Shown in pieces: positions 47,480 through 58,594 of a stretch of DNA of 64,000 nt. The DNA lies in assembly GCA_963748215.1 (NCBI GenBank), contig CAVVHS010000006.1:160001-224000 (forward strand). Reading direction: 5' to 3'. Position 1 is the first letter of the stretch; the number at the start of each line of letters is the position of its first letter. The notes below the pieces were generated by a model. It was not told the origin of the DNA, searched no databases, and was given only the letters and a program-made list of their open reading frames with translations. Made by a program: the position numbers and the translations under genes. The DNA comes from an uncultured Gammaproteobacteria bacterium (lineage in GTDB: Bacteria; Pseudomonadota; Gammaproteobacteria; UBA9214).

Positions 47480-48136
47480 TTATTGCACCGCGCCGCTGTC
47501 CTGCAGCATGCGATAGACGGCGAGGGCGATATGTTGATAGCCCTCGGCATTGGGGTGAATGCGATCCGACTTGAGTTGCCGGTCGGATTCCACGGCGGTG
47601 ATGACCTCGCCCTCGTAGACCAGCGCGTATTGCGCGGCCAGTTCCTCATATAGATCGGCGGGCGCCAGCCCGAACAGGGTGGGTTCCGGCACCCCGAGCA
47701 GCACAACAGGGATATTACGTGCCTGTGCCTCCAGGATCATTGCCTCGAGATTCGTGCGCAGGGCGCGCGGATCAAGCCGGCGCAACAGGTCGTTGCCGCC
47801 GTGGCAGAGCACGAGCAGCGCCGGCCGGTAGCGTTCCAGCAGTGCAGGGAGTCGTTCCCGGGCACGCGCGCTGATTTCACCGGGAACACCGGCATTGATG
47901 ACCTCGCGCCCGATCAGGCGCGCCAGTACCGCCGGGTAACTCTGCGCGTGCCCGGCACCGCTTCCCGCTGTGAGGCTGTCGCCGAAGGCGAGGATAACGG
48001 CATCGGTCGGCAGCGGCAGCAGGTGCGGCGCCCGATCGCTGCATGCATTGAGGAAGAGCGCTGTGCACAGCAGCAGTGCCGCAGTTGTTTGTCGATGTGC
48101 CAGCGATGGCATGTTTGCAGGGAACATCTGATTCAC
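47480..48136 (-). CDS. GDSL/SGNH arylesterase (TesA-like), lipoprotein
   Basis: FGDSLTAG, INAGVPG, GGNDL, DRIHPN; start uncertain. Confidence 0.88.
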   Translation of the reverse strand: MNQMFPANMPSLAHRQTTAALLLCTALFLNACSDRAPHLLPLPTDAVILAFGDSLTAGSGAGHAQSYPAVLARLIGREVINAGVPGEISARARERLPALLERYRPALLVLCHGGNDLLRRLDPRALRTNLEAMILEAQARNIPVVLLGVPEPTLFGLAPADLYEELAAQYALVYEGEVITAVESDRQLKSDRIHPNAEGYQHIALAVYRMLQDSGAVQ

Positions 48137-48317
48137 CAGCTACGCCACCAGTCAGGCGGAAATCCGGATAAAGGCAGGACCAGTGCAGCATCCGGAGTTG
48201 CATGCTCCTCGAACTTCCGTGTCATACCGTGAGTATCCGTGGCTGTTCTTTACAGGCGTGACGCTATCATGCACTGTCGGGTGGTTCATACTCAGCAATA
48301 ATAAACGGAGGTGGCGG

Positions 48318-48809
48318 ATGAACAGACTGGCATGGCTGCTGATACTGGTGCTGACGGTTACCACGGCACAGGCAGGGCTGGCCGGCGTGCTGCAATGGAG
48401 TACCGGGCAGGACCTGGAATCAACCTATAATAATGTTTATAAATCGCTGGAATCAAACAGGTTCTATGTTGTATTCGAGCCCAATATCGGGAATAACCTG
48501 GCCGGTTTCGCCGAGCGCTGGGGCGAGGACTATAACCGCAGCCAGTTGGATGGTATCCGCGCCATGGTGTTCTGCAACGCCTGGTATACCAACCAGATCA
48601 GCAACCTGGAGCCGCGCCTGCTGGCGACCTGCCCGCTGCACCTCACGCTTTACCGTCAGGGTGATGCGACGCACGTGGTGTTTCTGCGTCCGACGGTGGC
48701 GGGAGCCGGCAGCAAGGCCGAGGCCCTGCTGCAGGAACTGGAGACGGAGGTGACCGCCGCGGTCGAGCAGGGCCTGGCGGCCGGCAAGGTCCCGGGCAGT
48801 TCTGATTGA
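48318..48809 (+). CDS. DUF302 family exported protein
   Basis: GGAGG RBS, signal peptide, MVFCN...LATCPLHLTLY. Confidence 0.75.
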   Translation: MNRLAWLLILVLTVTTAQAGLAGVLQWSTGQDLESTYNNVYKSLESNRFYVVFEPNIGNNLAGFAERWGEDYNRSQLDGIRAMVFCNAWYTNQISNLEPRLLATCPLHLTLYRQGDATHVVFLRPTVAGAGSKAEALLQELETEVTAAVEQGLAAGKVPGSSD

Positions 48810-48918
48810 TTCGTTATTCGTATTCGTAGCCGTCATTCCGGGTTTCCGCTGCGCTGTCGCGGCATGACGCCTCTGTCGACCTGTTCTGAAAAAGCGTCAC
48901 GGAAAGATTAAACCGGAC

Positions 48919-49275
48919 GTAGGGTGCGTTATACGCACCGCGAACGGTGCACGGAGTGCACCCTACAAAACAATGGCCACGGAAACCACGGAAAAACGCG
49001 GAAATATAATGTCCGGGTGTAGGGTGCGTTTTACGCACCGCGAACGGTGCACGGAGTGCACCCTACAAAAAAACAATGGCCACGGAAACCATGGAAGAAC
49101 ACGGAAATATAATGTCCGGGTGTAGGGTGCGTTTTACGCGCCGGGGAGGGTAAGCGAAGTGCCACCTGTCAGGCACGGGCGCCGACAAAAACATCCTGAA
49201 TTTGTATTTCCGTGTTATTCCGTGTGTTTCCGTGGCCATATTCTATTTCACGTTTCACACCTCATGTCTCACGTC
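48919..49275. repeat. Mosaic REP/REPIN block 3 (tandem ~100-bp units)
   Basis: GTAGGGTGCGTT(A/T)TACGCACCGCGAACGGTGCACGGAGTGCACCCTAC + GCCACGGAAACC...GGAAATATAATGTCCGGGT x2. Confidence 0.88.
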
Positions 49276-49280
49276 CCGGC

Positions 49281-50540
49281 TTATTGCCACCACAGCGTAA
49301 ACACCGGCACGTAGGTGATGATGAGCAACCATATCACCATCAGCAGCAGGAACGGCAGCGCGGAATTGAACAGCATCAGCACCGGGCGCCGGAAGCGCTG
49401 ACTGGCGATGAACAGGTTGATGCCGACGGGCGGTGTGCTATAGCCGATTTCCAGGTTGGCCAGGAAGATGATACCGAGGTGAATCGGATCGATGCCGTAG
49501 CTTTTCGCGATCGGCAGGATCAATGGCACAACCACCACGGTGGCCGAGAAAATGTCCATCATGCAGCCGACGATCAGCAGGAACACATTCAGCAACATCA
49601 GGAATTGCAGCTTCGAATCGATGTGCGTTTCCATCCAGCCCAGCAGCTTCATCGGAATCTGTGCGTCGATCAGCAGGTTGGTGAGTCCCATGGCCACGCT
49701 GAGAATGATCAGGATGCTGCCGACCAGGATGGCGGCGTCGCGTAGCAGGCCCGGCAGGTGCCGGGTCAGGCTCAGTTCGCGGTGGATCACGCATTCCAGT
49801 AGCAGCACGTAGGCCGCGGTGCAGGCCGAAGCCTCGCTGATGGTGACGTAGCCGCCGAAGATGCCGAACAGCACGCCGACCGGCAGCAGCACGTCCCAGA
49901 CGCCTTCGCGCGCTGCGCTACCGAGGGTGCGCAGCGAGAAGTGGTGCCGTTGTGCACCGTCCTTGTTGCAGGCATACAGGCAGTACATGCCCAGGATCAG
50001 CATCAGCAGCAGACCCGGCACGATACCGGCCAGGAACATCTGGTCGATACTGACGCCGGCCACGATACCGTACAGCAGGATCGCCAGGCTGGGCGGGAAC
50101 AGCAGGCCCAGTGATCCGGAGGTGGTGAGCAGGCCGAGGTTGAAGCGCTCGCGGTAGCCGGCGTGCAGCAGCATCGGCATCATCAGGCCGCCGAGGGCGA
50201 GAATGGTGACACCCGAGGCACCCGAGAAGGCGGTGAAGAAGGCGCACGAGGTGAGCGTGACGGCCGCGATGCCGCCGGGTAGCCAGCCGACCAGGGCATT
50301 GAACAGCTGGATCATGCGCTGCGGGGCGCCACCTGCGGCCAGCACCACGCCGCTGAAGGTAAACAGCGGGATGGCGGCAAGGTAGGGCGACGAGGCCAGC
50401 CGGTTCAGTTCCACCGCCAGCAGCGCCGGGTCGAGACCGGCATTCCAGGTCGCCAGCAGGCTGCCGCCGGCCAGCGCAACGAACAGCGGCATGCCGAGCA
50501 GGGCCAGCGTGACCAGGGCGATGACCAGCAATACCGTCAT
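49281..50540 (-). CDS. dctM: TRAP transporter large permease
   Basis: AIPLF, FTAFSGASG, GSLGLLFPPS, GIDPIHLGII..NLEIG..TPPVG.NLF. Confidence 0.92.
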   Translation of the reverse strand: MTVLLVIALVTLALLGMPLFVALAGGSLLATWNAGLDPALLAVELNRLASSPYLAAIPLFTFSGVVLAAGGAPQRMIQLFNALVGWLPGGIAAVTLTSCAFFTAFSGASGVTILALGGLMMPMLLHAGYRERFNLGLLTTSGSLGLLFPPSLAILLYGIVAGVSIDQMFLAGIVPGLLLMLILGMYCLYACNKDGAQRHHFSLRTLGSAAREGVWDVLLPVGVLFGIFGGYVTISEASACTAAYVLLLECVIHRELSLTRHLPGLLRDAAILVGSILIILSVAMGLTNLLIDAQIPMKLLGWMETHIDSKLQFLMLLNVFLLIVGCMMDIFSATVVVVPLILPIAKSYGIDPIHLGIIFLANLEIGYSTPPVGINLFIASQRFRRPVLMLFNSALPFLLLMVIWLLIITYVPVFTLWWQ

Positions 50541-51031
50541 CGGCGCTCGTCCGCGGGCGGCAGGTATAAACCGCCCAGCAGGAAATGCACGGTCAGCAGG
50601 CAGAAACCGAACGGCGTGATCAGGGCCAGGATGGACGACCAGCGTTCGTTGGCGGCGACATACTGCCAGTCGTCATACCAGAAGCGCATGGCGGCCCAGG
50701 CCATCACGGCACATACGGCAGATGACAGCAGGTAGAGCGGTGGTGTGATGCGTCGCAGCCGTGCCGGTGTCAGGAAGGCGGCCACGATATCGATACGGAT
50801 GTGACGGTGATGCTCGATGGCGAGCGCGGCGCCGAAGAAGGTGATGTACAGCACCAGGTAGCGCGACAGGATGTCGGCATTGGGAATGCCGGAATCCATG
50901 AAGTTGCGCAGCAGGACCTGGCCGAGCACCAGCGCCATCAGCATCAGCAGCGACAGCCCGGCCATGAAACCGTCGAGGCGGATCAGGGTATGGCGCAGGG
51001 CGCTGATCCAGGCGGGCTCAGTGCGCAGCAT
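50537..51031 (-). CDS. dctQ: TRAP transporter small permease
   Basis: QVLLRN, HIRID, four TMs, between dctP and dctM. Confidence 0.85.
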   Translation of the reverse strand: MLRTEPAWISALRHTLIRLDGFMAGLSLLMLMALVLGQVLLRNFMDSGIPNADILSRYLVLYITFFGAALAIEHHRHIRIDIVAAFLTPARLRRITPPLYLLSSAVCAVMAWAAMRFWYDDWQYVAANERWSSILALITPFGFCLLTVHFLLGGLYLPPADERR

Positions 51032-52061
51032 CGCCCGGTGCGTCTGCCTGAGCCGCGCGATACTCGTCCAGCCAGTCGTTGACCCGGTGCAGTACGGACT
51101 CGGGAATGTAGCCGGCCTTCGTCAGCCGCTTGCCGGCCTGCTGGCTGATGGTCTCGATATCGCCAGAAATCAGCGACTCGTCGGGCTCGACCATGATCAT
51201 GCCGCGTTCCTGCATGAGTTGCAGGCTTTCGAGATTGTCCCGGCGCGTCGCCGCGACGAGCTTCGCGCCGGTTTCGCGGCCGGTACGCCTTAGCAGCTTC
51301 TGCAGGTCCTGCGGCAGGTTCTGGTAAAAACGGCGTGACACCACCAGCGAGCCGATGCCGTTGGCCATGGGCACATTGGTGATGTACTGCGTCTTGGTGA
51401 ACCACTGCAGCGCGATGGCACCAAGCGGGGGCGCGTACACCGTGTCGATCATGCCGGTCGACAGGCTGGTATAGACATCGATGATCGACAGCGGCACCGG
51501 CGCCAGGCCGCCGGCATCGAAGAATGCCTTGCCCAGCGGGTCGCCCTGCCAGAACCAGATGCGGCGCTTCCTGAGATCGTCCAGCGTGGCGATCGGTTCC
51601 CGGGAAAAGAAGTAGATATAGCCGACCTCCATCCAGCCCACCAGTTCATAACCGTTGTCGCGGTAACCCTGTTCGATAGACGGCATCAGGCGTTCGCGCA
51701 CGTAGTCGATTTCCTCGATGTTCTCGAACAGGAACGGCAGTTCCAGCACGCGTGTGGGCGAATATATCTGTCCGATCCCGTAGCCGGTGAAGGCGCCGCC
51801 CTGCAGCTGGTTGAAGCGGATTTTTTTCAGCACATCAGGCTCGTCGCCCTGCACCCCGCCCGGGTAGAGCTTGAACACCAGGCGGCCGCCACTCTCGGTC
51901 CTGACCTGTTCGGCCCATTCCTCCAGCAGCTTGACCCAGGTGGTGCCGGCAGGGGCCAGGGTGGCGAACTTGAGCACCCACGTCTTCTCCGCCTGCGCGC
52001 TCGTGGTGGTAATACTCAGTGCCAGCAGCAGTGTGGCAAGGATTCCTTTCAATGTATCCAT
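51018..52061 (-). CDS. dctP: TRAP substrate-binding protein (TatP/DctP)
   Basis: Signal peptide, LKFATLAPAGT.W, YPGGVQGDE, LELPFLF, SLSTGMID. Confidence 0.88.
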   Translation of the reverse strand: MDTLKGILATLLLALSITTTSAQAEKTWVLKFATLAPAGTTWVKLLEEWAEQVRTESGGRLVFKLYPGGVQGDEPDVLKKIRFNQLQGGAFTGYGIGQIYSPTRVLELPFLFENIEEIDYVRERLMPSIEQGYRDNGYELVGWMEVGYIYFFSREPIATLDDLRKRRIWFWQGDPLGKAFFDAGGLAPVPLSIIDVYTSLSTGMIDTVYAPPLGAIALQWFTKTQYITNVPMANGIGSLVVSRRFYQNLPQDLQKLLRRTGRETGAKLVAATRRDNLESLQLMQERGMIMVEPDESLISGDIETISQQAGKRLTKAGYIPESVLHRVNDWLDEYRAAQADAPGDAAH

Positions 52062-52067
52062 GGCGTA

Positions 52068-52964
52068 TTAAAACCAGTCAGTCTCGTGTTCCAGCAGGCG
52101 AGCGGCATGCTGTCTGGCAATGTTATTGATGAGCATCAGCTCCGGGTCGAGGTCGGCGGGCGCGTCCAGCACATGTTGCAGGCGTGCGTGGAAAGCGGCC
52201 TGGTCGAGCTGCTGCCGGTGCAGGTATTGTGCCTGCAATACGTCGACCATCAAGAGCTTGTCCGCATTCAGTTGCGCCGCCCGCACGAAATGCTGTCCGG
52301 CGCGTGCGAAGTCGCCGCCCAGCAGGGGCGAACGCCCGCCGTAGTAGACACCGAAGAACAGGTGCGGGCCGGCATGGTAGAAACCCTCGTCCAGTTCCAG
52401 CGCCCGCTGCATGAGCGCGGCGGCGTTGGCCAGGCTGGCAATGCCGCTGACCGTGTCACGGTTGAGATCGATCCACTTGCCGAGACAGGAGGCGGTCCAG
52501 AACAGCGCCGGGACGGCACGCTCATCGAGCTTGCCGGCGGCGGTTGCGAGTGCCTCCGCGCTGGAGGTTTCGGGGTCGGTCGCCAGCCCGGACGACTGCA
52601 GCGCTGCCTGTGCATGGGTGTAGCAGCGCCGGTACAGCTGGGCAGCACGCCCGGCATCCTCGGCCTCGATAAAGCCGAAGCTGTAGCCGTAAAAACCTTC
52701 CGCGGCATACAGGCGCAGGGTGCTGTTGTTCGGGTCCTCGATCAGCATGCCTTCGAGCAGCTTCAGGTTCGCGGGCATCGCCTCGCGTGCCAGTTGCAGG
52801 TCCGACTCGCGGTTCATCGCCTCCAGGCCGCTGTCGAGAATGGAGGTCGTGCCGCGCACCACCAGCTGGCCCATGGAGCAGGCCGATAGCAGCAGCACGC
52901 TGGCGAGTGTGCCGGCCAGGCGCGGCAGCGGAAACAGGTGGCAGGTGGATGCTGTGAATATCAT
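52068..52964 (-). CDS. TRAP transporter TatT component (TPAT lipoprotein)
   Basis: Lipobox LSAC; [34 protein letters not shown]...A..HF. Confidence 0.82.
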   Translation of the reverse strand: MIFTASTCHLFPLPRLAGTLASVLLLSACSMGQLVVRGTTSILDSGLEAMNRESDLQLAREAMPANLKLLEGMLIEDPNNSTLRLYAAEGFYGYSFGFIEAEDAGRAAQLYRRCYTHAQAALQSSGLATDPETSSAEALATAAGKLDERAVPALFWTASCLGKWIDLNRDTVSGIASLANAAALMQRALELDEGFYHAGPHLFFGVYYGGRSPLLGGDFARAGQHFVRAAQLNADKLLMVDVLQAQYLHRQQLDQAAFHARLQHVLDAPADLDPELMLINNIARQHAARLLEHETDWF

Positions 52965-54100
52965 GGCGTTGGCTGTCCTAGCAGTAGTATAAGGATACTC
53001 TCATAGATTGCGGATATCCGGTCAATTTCATCGACACCGACACATTCGTTGACCTTGTGGATGGTGGTGTTCACCGGTCCGAGTTCGACCACCTGGGCAC
53101 CGGTGGGTGCGATGAAACGCCCGTCCGAGGTGCCGCCGCCGGTGGACAATTCGGTGTGGATGCCGGTGATGTCCGCTATTGCCTGGCGGGTGGCATCGAC
53201 CAGCTCGCCGGCGGGTGTCAGGAACGGCGCGCCGGACAGGTGCCAGTCCAGCGTGTACTCCAGCCTGTGTCCCCGCAGGATGTCCTCGACACGGGTGCGG
53301 ATGCCGTCGGCCGTCGAGGCAGTGGAGAAGCGCAGGTTGAACAGCACCTCCAGCGTGCCCGGGATGATGTTCACGGTGCCGTCGCCGGCATGGATGTTGG
53401 AGATCTGGAAGCTGGTCGGCGGGAAGTGTTCGTTGCCCTGGTCCCATTCCACCGCCACCAGGTCGGCCAGCGCCTGCAGGGCACGGTGAATCGGGTTGTC
53501 TGCACGCTGCGGGTAGGCGACATGGCCCTGCTGGCCGCGCACCCTGAGCCTGCCGTTGAGCGAGCCGCGACGCCCGTTCTTGATGACGTCGCCGGCGCGC
53601 TCCACGCTGGACGGTTCGCCGACCAGGCACCAGTCGATGCGTTCGCCTCGCGCCGCCAGCCACTCGATGACCTTGACCGTACCGTCCACGGACGGGCCTT
53701 CCTCGTCGCTGGTGAGCAGGAAAGCGATCGAGCCCCTGTGTTCCGGATGGGCCGCGACGAAGCGCTCGCTGGCCGTGACCATCGCCGCCACGCTGCCTTT
53801 CATGTCCGCTGCGCCGCGCCCGTACAGGCAGCCATCGCGGATCACGGGCGTGAACGGTTCGGAGTCCCACTGGTCCAGCGCGCCGGGCGGCACCACGTCG
53901 GTATGGCCGGCGAACACGAACAGCGGTGTGGCCGTACCGCGCCGCGCCCACAGGTTGTCCACGTCGCCGAAGCGCAGGTGCTGGATGTCGAAGCCGGCTT
54001 GAGCCAGGCGTTCGGCCAGCAGCGCCTGGCAGCCGGCATCGTCGGGTGTGACCGACGGCCTCGCGACCAGCACCTGCGCCAGCGCCAGGGTGGCGCTCAT
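52961..54100 (-). CDS. dapE: Succinyl-diaminopimelate desuccinylase
   Basis: [59 protein letters not shown]. Confidence 0.96.
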   Translation of the reverse strand: MSATLALAQVLVARPSVTPDDAGCQALLAERLAQAGFDIQHLRFGDVDNLWARRGTATPLFVFAGHTDVVPPGALDQWDSEPFTPVIRDGCLYGRGAADMKGSVAAMVTASERFVAAHPEHRGSIAFLLTSDEEGPSVDGTVKVIEWLAARGERIDWCLVGEPSSVERAGDVIKNGRRGSLNGRLRVRGQQGHVAYPQRADNPIHRALQALADLVAVEWDQGNEHFPPTSFQISNIHAGDGTVNIIPGTLEVLFNLRFSTASTADGIRTRVEDILRGHRLEYTLDWHLSGAPFLTPAGELVDATRQAIADITGIHTELSTGGGTSDGRFIAPTGAQVVELGPVNTTIHKVNECVGVDEIDRISAIYESILILLLGQPTP

Positions 54101-54456
54101 GACCGTGCGGCCTTGCCGAACATGGCGTGGTAGTCGTCGGCGCTGAACCCCACGTGCAGCCGTTTGCCCCGGGCCAGCACGGGGCGCCTGATGATGGACG
54201 GTTGCTCGAGCATCAGGCGGGAGGCGCTGCCGCGGTCGATATGCTCGCGCGCCGCCGCCGGCAGTTTGCGCCAGGTGGTGCTGCGCCGGTTGAGCAGCGT
54301 CTCCCAGCCCAGCTGCTCGATCCAGCCCGCGAGCAGGACGTCGTCCAGGCCATCCTTGCGCAGGTCGTGAAAGCGGTAGGCCACGCCGTGCTCGTCGAGC
54401 CAGCGTCGCGCCTTTCTCACCGTGTCGCAGTTGGAAATACCGTACAGGGTCGTCAT
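54097..54456 (-). CDS. yffB: ArsC/Spx family protein (YffB-like)
   Basis: [31 protein letters not shown]; between dapD and dapE. Confidence 0.85.
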   Translation of the reverse strand: MTTLYGISNCDTVRKARRWLDEHGVAYRFHDLRKDGLDDVLLAGWIEQLGWETLLNRRSTTWRKLPAAAREHIDRGSASRLMLEQPSIIRRPVLARGKRLHVGFSADDYHAMFGKAARS

Positions 54457-54474
54457 GGTCCGTGCCGGCAGTGA

Positions 54475-55296
54475 TCAGATATCGCGCAGCAGTTCGTTGA
54501 TGCCGACCTTGGAGCGGGTCTTTTCATCGACGCGCTTGACGATCACCGCGCAGTACAGGCTGTACTTGCCGTCCTTCGACGGCAGGTTGCCGGACACCAC
54601 CACCGAGCCGGCCGGGATGCGGCCGTAGAGGACCTCGTCCTTCTCGCGATCGTAGATGCGCGTGCTCTGCCCGATGTAGACACCCATGGAAATGACCGAG
54701 CCTTCCTCGACGATGACACCCTCGACCACCTCGGAGCGCGCGCCGATGAAGCAGTTGTCCTCGATGATGGTGGGTGCGGCCTGCACCGGTTCCAGTACGC
54801 CGCCGATGCCGACGCCGCCGGACAGGTGCACATTCTTGCCGATCTGTGCACAGGAGCCGACCGTGGCCCAGGTGTCCACCATGGTGCCGGAATCGACATA
54901 GGCACCGATGTTCACATAGGAAGGCATGAGCACCGCACCCGGCGCGATGTAGGCACCCTTGCGCGCGGTGGCCGGCGGCACGATGCGCACGCCGCCCTCG
55001 CGGAACTCGCGCGAGTTGGTGTCGGCGTACTTGGACGGCACCTTGTCGTAGTAGTTGGTGAAGCCGCCCTTGATGAAGGCGTTGTCCTCGATGCGGAACG
55101 ACAGCAGCACCGCCTTTTTCAGCCAGTCGTTGACCACCCACTTGCCGTCCCGCTTTTCGGCCACGCGCGCAACGCCGCGATCGAGCATGTCGATGGCCTC
55201 CAGCGTGGCCTCCTTGACGTGGGTTTCCACGCTGCGCGGGGTGATGTCGGCGCGTCGTTCGAAGGCCTCTTCGATGGTTGCCTGCAGGTCGCTCAT
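54475..55296 (-). CDS. dapD: Tetrahydrodipicolinate N-succinyltransferase
   Basis: [54 protein letters not shown]. Confidence 0.97.
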   Translation of the reverse strand: MSDLQATIEEAFERRADITPRSVETHVKEATLEAIDMLDRGVARVAEKRDGKWVVNDWLKKAVLLSFRIEDNAFIKGGFTNYYDKVPSKYADTNSREFREGGVRIVPPATARKGAYIAPGAVLMPSYVNIGAYVDSGTMVDTWATVGSCAQIGKNVHLSGGVGIGGVLEPVQAAPTIIEDNCFIGARSEVVEGVIVEEGSVISMGVYIGQSTRIYDREKDEVLYGRIPAGSVVVSGNLPSKDGKYSLYCAVIVKRVDEKTRSKVGINELLRDI

Positions 55297-55331
55297 GAAA
55301 TGATTCTCCGGATCGATGGAATGGCAGGGCG

Positions 55332-56540
55332 CTATGATACCCGCTGGGCGCCCTGTATGTATGCCTTGATGCGCTGCGCCGCCTCGATGCAGTCCTCGAG
55401 CGGTGCGACCAGCGCCATGCGCACATAGCCCTGGCCGGGATTGAAGCCGTCGACCGGGCGCGACAGGAAGCTGCCGGGCAGCACGGTGACATTGCAGTGC
55501 GCGTGCAGTGCGCGCGCGAACGCCGCGTCATCTCCGGGCGTGCGCGCCCACAGGTAAAACCCTGCATCGGGTTGCCGGACGTCGAGCACCGGTGCCAGGA
55601 CATCCAGTACCTCGCTGAATTTGCGCGTGTACAGGCGCCGGTTCTCGATGACGTGCCGCTCGTCAGCCCAGGCGCGCTGGCTGGCGGCCTGCGTGGCCGG
55701 CGGCATGGCGCAGCCGTGGTAGGTGCGGTAGCGCAGGAAGTTCGCGATCAGCGCGGTTTCGCCGGCGACGAAGCCCGAGCGCAGACCGGGCGCATTGGAG
55801 CGCTTGGACAGGCTGTGGAAAACCATGCAGCGCCGGAAGTCCGTGCGCCCCATGCCGGCCGCGGCGGCGAGCAGGCCGGACGGTGCCGTGGCACCGTCGG
55901 GGTAGATCTCCGAGTAGCACTCGTCCGAGGCGATGACGAAGTCGTATTCGTCCGCCAGCCGGATCAGTTGCTGCAGTTGATCGACCGGCATGACCGCGCC
56001 GGCGGGATTGCCCGGTGTGCAGACGTAGATCAGCTGGCACCGTTGCCAGACTTTCCGCGGCACGCTGTCGAAGTCGGGGCGGTAGCCGGTGTCACGCGTG
56101 GTGTTGAGGAAATACGGTTCGGCCCCGGCCAGCAGCGCGGCGCCTTCGTAGATCTGGTAGAACGGGTTGGGCATCAGTACCAGTGGCGCGTCGCGGCGGT
56201 CTATGGTGCACTGGGCAAAGGCGAACAGCGCCTCGCGCGTGCCGTTCACCGGCAGCACCATGCCCTCGGGATCGACACTGCCGGCCGGCAGCGCAAAGCG
56301 CGTCATCAGCCAGTCGGCGATGGCCGAGCGCAGGGCGGCCGAACCGCGCGTCACGGGGTAGTTCGACAGCCCGTGCAGGTGGGTGATGACTTCTTCCGCG
56401 ATGAAACCCGGTGTAGCATGACGCGGTTCGCCGATCGACAATGCGATTTCCTGCAAGCCGCCCGGCGGCGTGATGCCGCTGAACAGCTTCGCCAGCCGCT
56501 CGAACGGGTAGGGCTGTAACCTTGCCATATCGGGATTCAT
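55332..56540 (-). CDS. dapC: Succinyldiaminopimelate transaminase
   Basis: MNP....[54 protein letters not shown]. Confidence 0.93.
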   Translation of the reverse strand: MNPDMARLQPYPFERLAKLFSGITPPGGLQEIALSIGEPRHATPGFIAEEVITHLHGLSNYPVTRGSAALRSAIADWLMTRFALPAGSVDPEGMVLPVNGTREALFAFAQCTIDRRDAPLVLMPNPFYQIYEGAALLAGAEPYFLNTTRDTGYRPDFDSVPRKVWQRCQLIYVCTPGNPAGAVMPVDQLQQLIRLADEYDFVIASDECYSEIYPDGATAPSGLLAAAAGMGRTDFRRCMVFHSLSKRSNAPGLRSGFVAGETALIANFLRYRTYHGCAMPPATQAASQRAWADERHVIENRRLYTRKFSEVLDVLAPVLDVRQPDAGFYLWARTPGDDAAFARALHAHCNVTVLPGSFLSRPVDGFNPGQGYVRMALVAPLEDCIEAAQRIKAYIQGAQRVS

Positions 56541-56708
56541 GGTTTGTCGGCGGCGCGCTCCACCCTGGCGGGCAGGCGCGCCTGCTGGTCTGTCCGGTGT
56601 CCGGGGAGACGCAAGTATAATGGATTCCCGGCGCCGCATTAAACGGCCTGCCGGCTGCAAGGCATGAATTATTACCCGCTGCCCGGGATTTCACAGGTTG
56701 CACATGAC

Positions 56709-57596
56709 ATGAACAGCACCAGAACCGAACATCACCTGCTGCCGGTATTCAGCCTGCTGCTGACTGCCAGCCTGTGGGGCCTCGTCTGGTACCCGCTGCG
56801 CCTGCTGGAGGACGCCGGGCTGCATGGTCTGTGGAGTTCTCTGATCAGCTACGGCGCGGTGCTGCTCGCGTTCCTGTGGATCTTCGTGCGCGATCGCCGG
56901 CAGCTGGCAGCGCAGCTGCCGGCGCTGCTGATGCTCGGGCTGGCCGCCGGCTGGTGCAACGTCGCTTTCATCCTCGCGGTGCTGGAGGGCAACGTGGTGC
57001 GCGTGCTGCTGCTGTTCTACCTGTCGCCGTTCTGGGCGGTGGTGCTCGGCTGGCTCATGCTTGACGAGCGGCTCGATCGCCAGTCCCTGCTGGTGTTCGC
57101 GCTGGCGGTGATCGGTGCCCTGATCATGCTGTGGAACGAGGAGATCGGTGTGCCCTGGCCGCGCGATACGGCCGACTGGCTGGCGGTGTCCTCGGGTTTC
57201 GGTTTCTCCCTGAGCAATGTGTACGTGCGGCGGCTGCAAGGCGTGAACGTGACACTGAAGTCCGCCTGCAGCTGGGCGGGCGTGGTGCTGGTGGCCGTGG
57301 TCTGGATCGTGCTTGGCGAGACCGGACTGCCAGCGGCGGGTGCCGGCGCCTGGCTGGGTGCGGTCGCGCTGGGCCTGTGCGGTTTCCTGGTGATGACGCT
57401 CGCCGTGCAATACGGCGTGACGCGCATGCCGGTGCACCGTTCGGCGGTGATCCTGCTGTTCGAACTGGTGGTCGGTGCGGTCTCGTCGCTGCTGCTGACC
57501 GACGAGACCGTGCTGGCGCGCGAGTGGATCGGCGGCATCCTGATCGTGCTGGCTGCATGGCTGGCCGCACGCATTCACGCCGGGGAGGCAGCTTGA
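56709..57596 (+). CDS. DMT/EamA family transporter
   Basis: About ten TMs; LWGLVWYPLR, LLFYLSP.W, ILLFELVV. Confidence 0.85.
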   Translation: MNSTRTEHHLLPVFSLLLTASLWGLVWYPLRLLEDAGLHGLWSSLISYGAVLLAFLWIFVRDRRQLAAQLPALLMLGLAAGWCNVAFILAVLEGNVVRVLLLFYLSPFWAVVLGWLMLDERLDRQSLLVFALAVIGALIMLWNEEIGVPWPRDTADWLAVSSGFGFSLSNVYVRRLQGVNVTLKSACSWAGVVLVAVVWIVLGETGLPAAGAGAWLGAVALGLCGFLVMTLAVQYGVTRMPVHRSAVILLFELVVGAVSSLLLTDETVLAREWIGGILIVLAAWLAARIHAGEAA

Positions 57597-57967
57597 TCCG
57601 GGTCACGGGATTCAATCATGTCAGCATACTGGTCAGCGACACCGCGCGAGCCCTGGCGTTCTATCATGATGTGCTCGGCCTGCCGCTCAGCCCGGAAAGG
57701 CCGCCGCTGGCCTTCCCGGGCGCGTGGCTGGAGCTGGGGCAGGGCCTGCAGATTCACCTGCTGGAACTCGACGGGGCGGGGCGGGATGCCCGGGACGGGC
57801 ACGGCGGGCGCGACTATCACCTGGCGCTCGATGTAGCCGATCTCGATGCGGCCAGCGCGGCATTGCAGGCTGCAGGCATCGGTTTCACCCTGAGTCGTTC
57901 CGGGCGCCGCGCGCTGTTCTGCCGCGACCCGGACGGCAACGCCATCGAACTGGTGGAGGCGGGCTGA
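57593..57967 (+). CDS. VOC/glyoxalase family protein
   Basis: TTG start overlapping upstream stop; FNHVSILVSD..AL.FY..VLG, QIHL, GRD.H.A, FCRDPDGNAIE. Confidence 0.85.
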   Translation: MIRVTGFNHVSILVSDTARALAFYHDVLGLPLSPERPPLAFPGAWLELGQGLQIHLLELDGAGRDARDGHGGRDYHLALDVADLDAASAALQAAGIGFTLSRSGRRALFCRDPDGNAIELVEAG

Positions 57968-57989
57968 ACGACGATCCTGGATCCTGCGC

Positions 57990-58525
57990 AATGCCACGGA
58001 AAAAACAGGGTATTCCGTGTGCTTCCGTGCGTTCCGTGGCCATTGTTTTTTTGCAGGGTGCACTCCGTGCACCGTTCGCGGTGCGTAAAACGCACCCTAC
58101 ACCCGGACATTATATTTCCGCGTTTTTACGTGGTTTCCGTGGCCATTGTTTTTTTGTAGGGTGCACTCCGTGCACCGTTCGCGGTGCGTAAAACGCACCC
58201 TACACCCGGACATTATATTTCCGCGTTTTTCCGTGGATTCCGTGGCTATTTTTCTCGGCAATGGCCACGGAATCCACGGAATCCACGGAAAAATAAACCG
58301 GGCTATACGGTACTGTGTTGATCCAAGGATATTAAACAGGTGAATGGCCACGGAATCCACGTGATGGCTCGAAAAAATATTCCGTGTTTTTCCGTGTGCT
58401 TCCGTGGCCGTTATTTTTTGTAGGGTGCACTCCGTGCACCTCGCCGGTGCGTAAAACGCACCCTACGCCCGGGCATCATTTTTCCGTATTCTTCCGTGGG
58501 TTCCGTGACCATATATCGTCTCACG
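57990..58525. repeat. Mosaic REP/REPIN block 4 (contains inverted copies of block 3 units)
   Basis: GGGTGCACTCCGTGCACCGTTCGCGGTGCGTAAAACGCACCCTACACCCGGACATTATATTTCC x2 plus GCCACGGAA repeats in both orientations. Confidence 0.88.
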
Positions 58526-58594
58526 CCTTTCTGTTTGGCAGCACACACTGTGTACCCGGCAGTTATTGTGCTGTTATTTTTCCGTCGGGATTAC

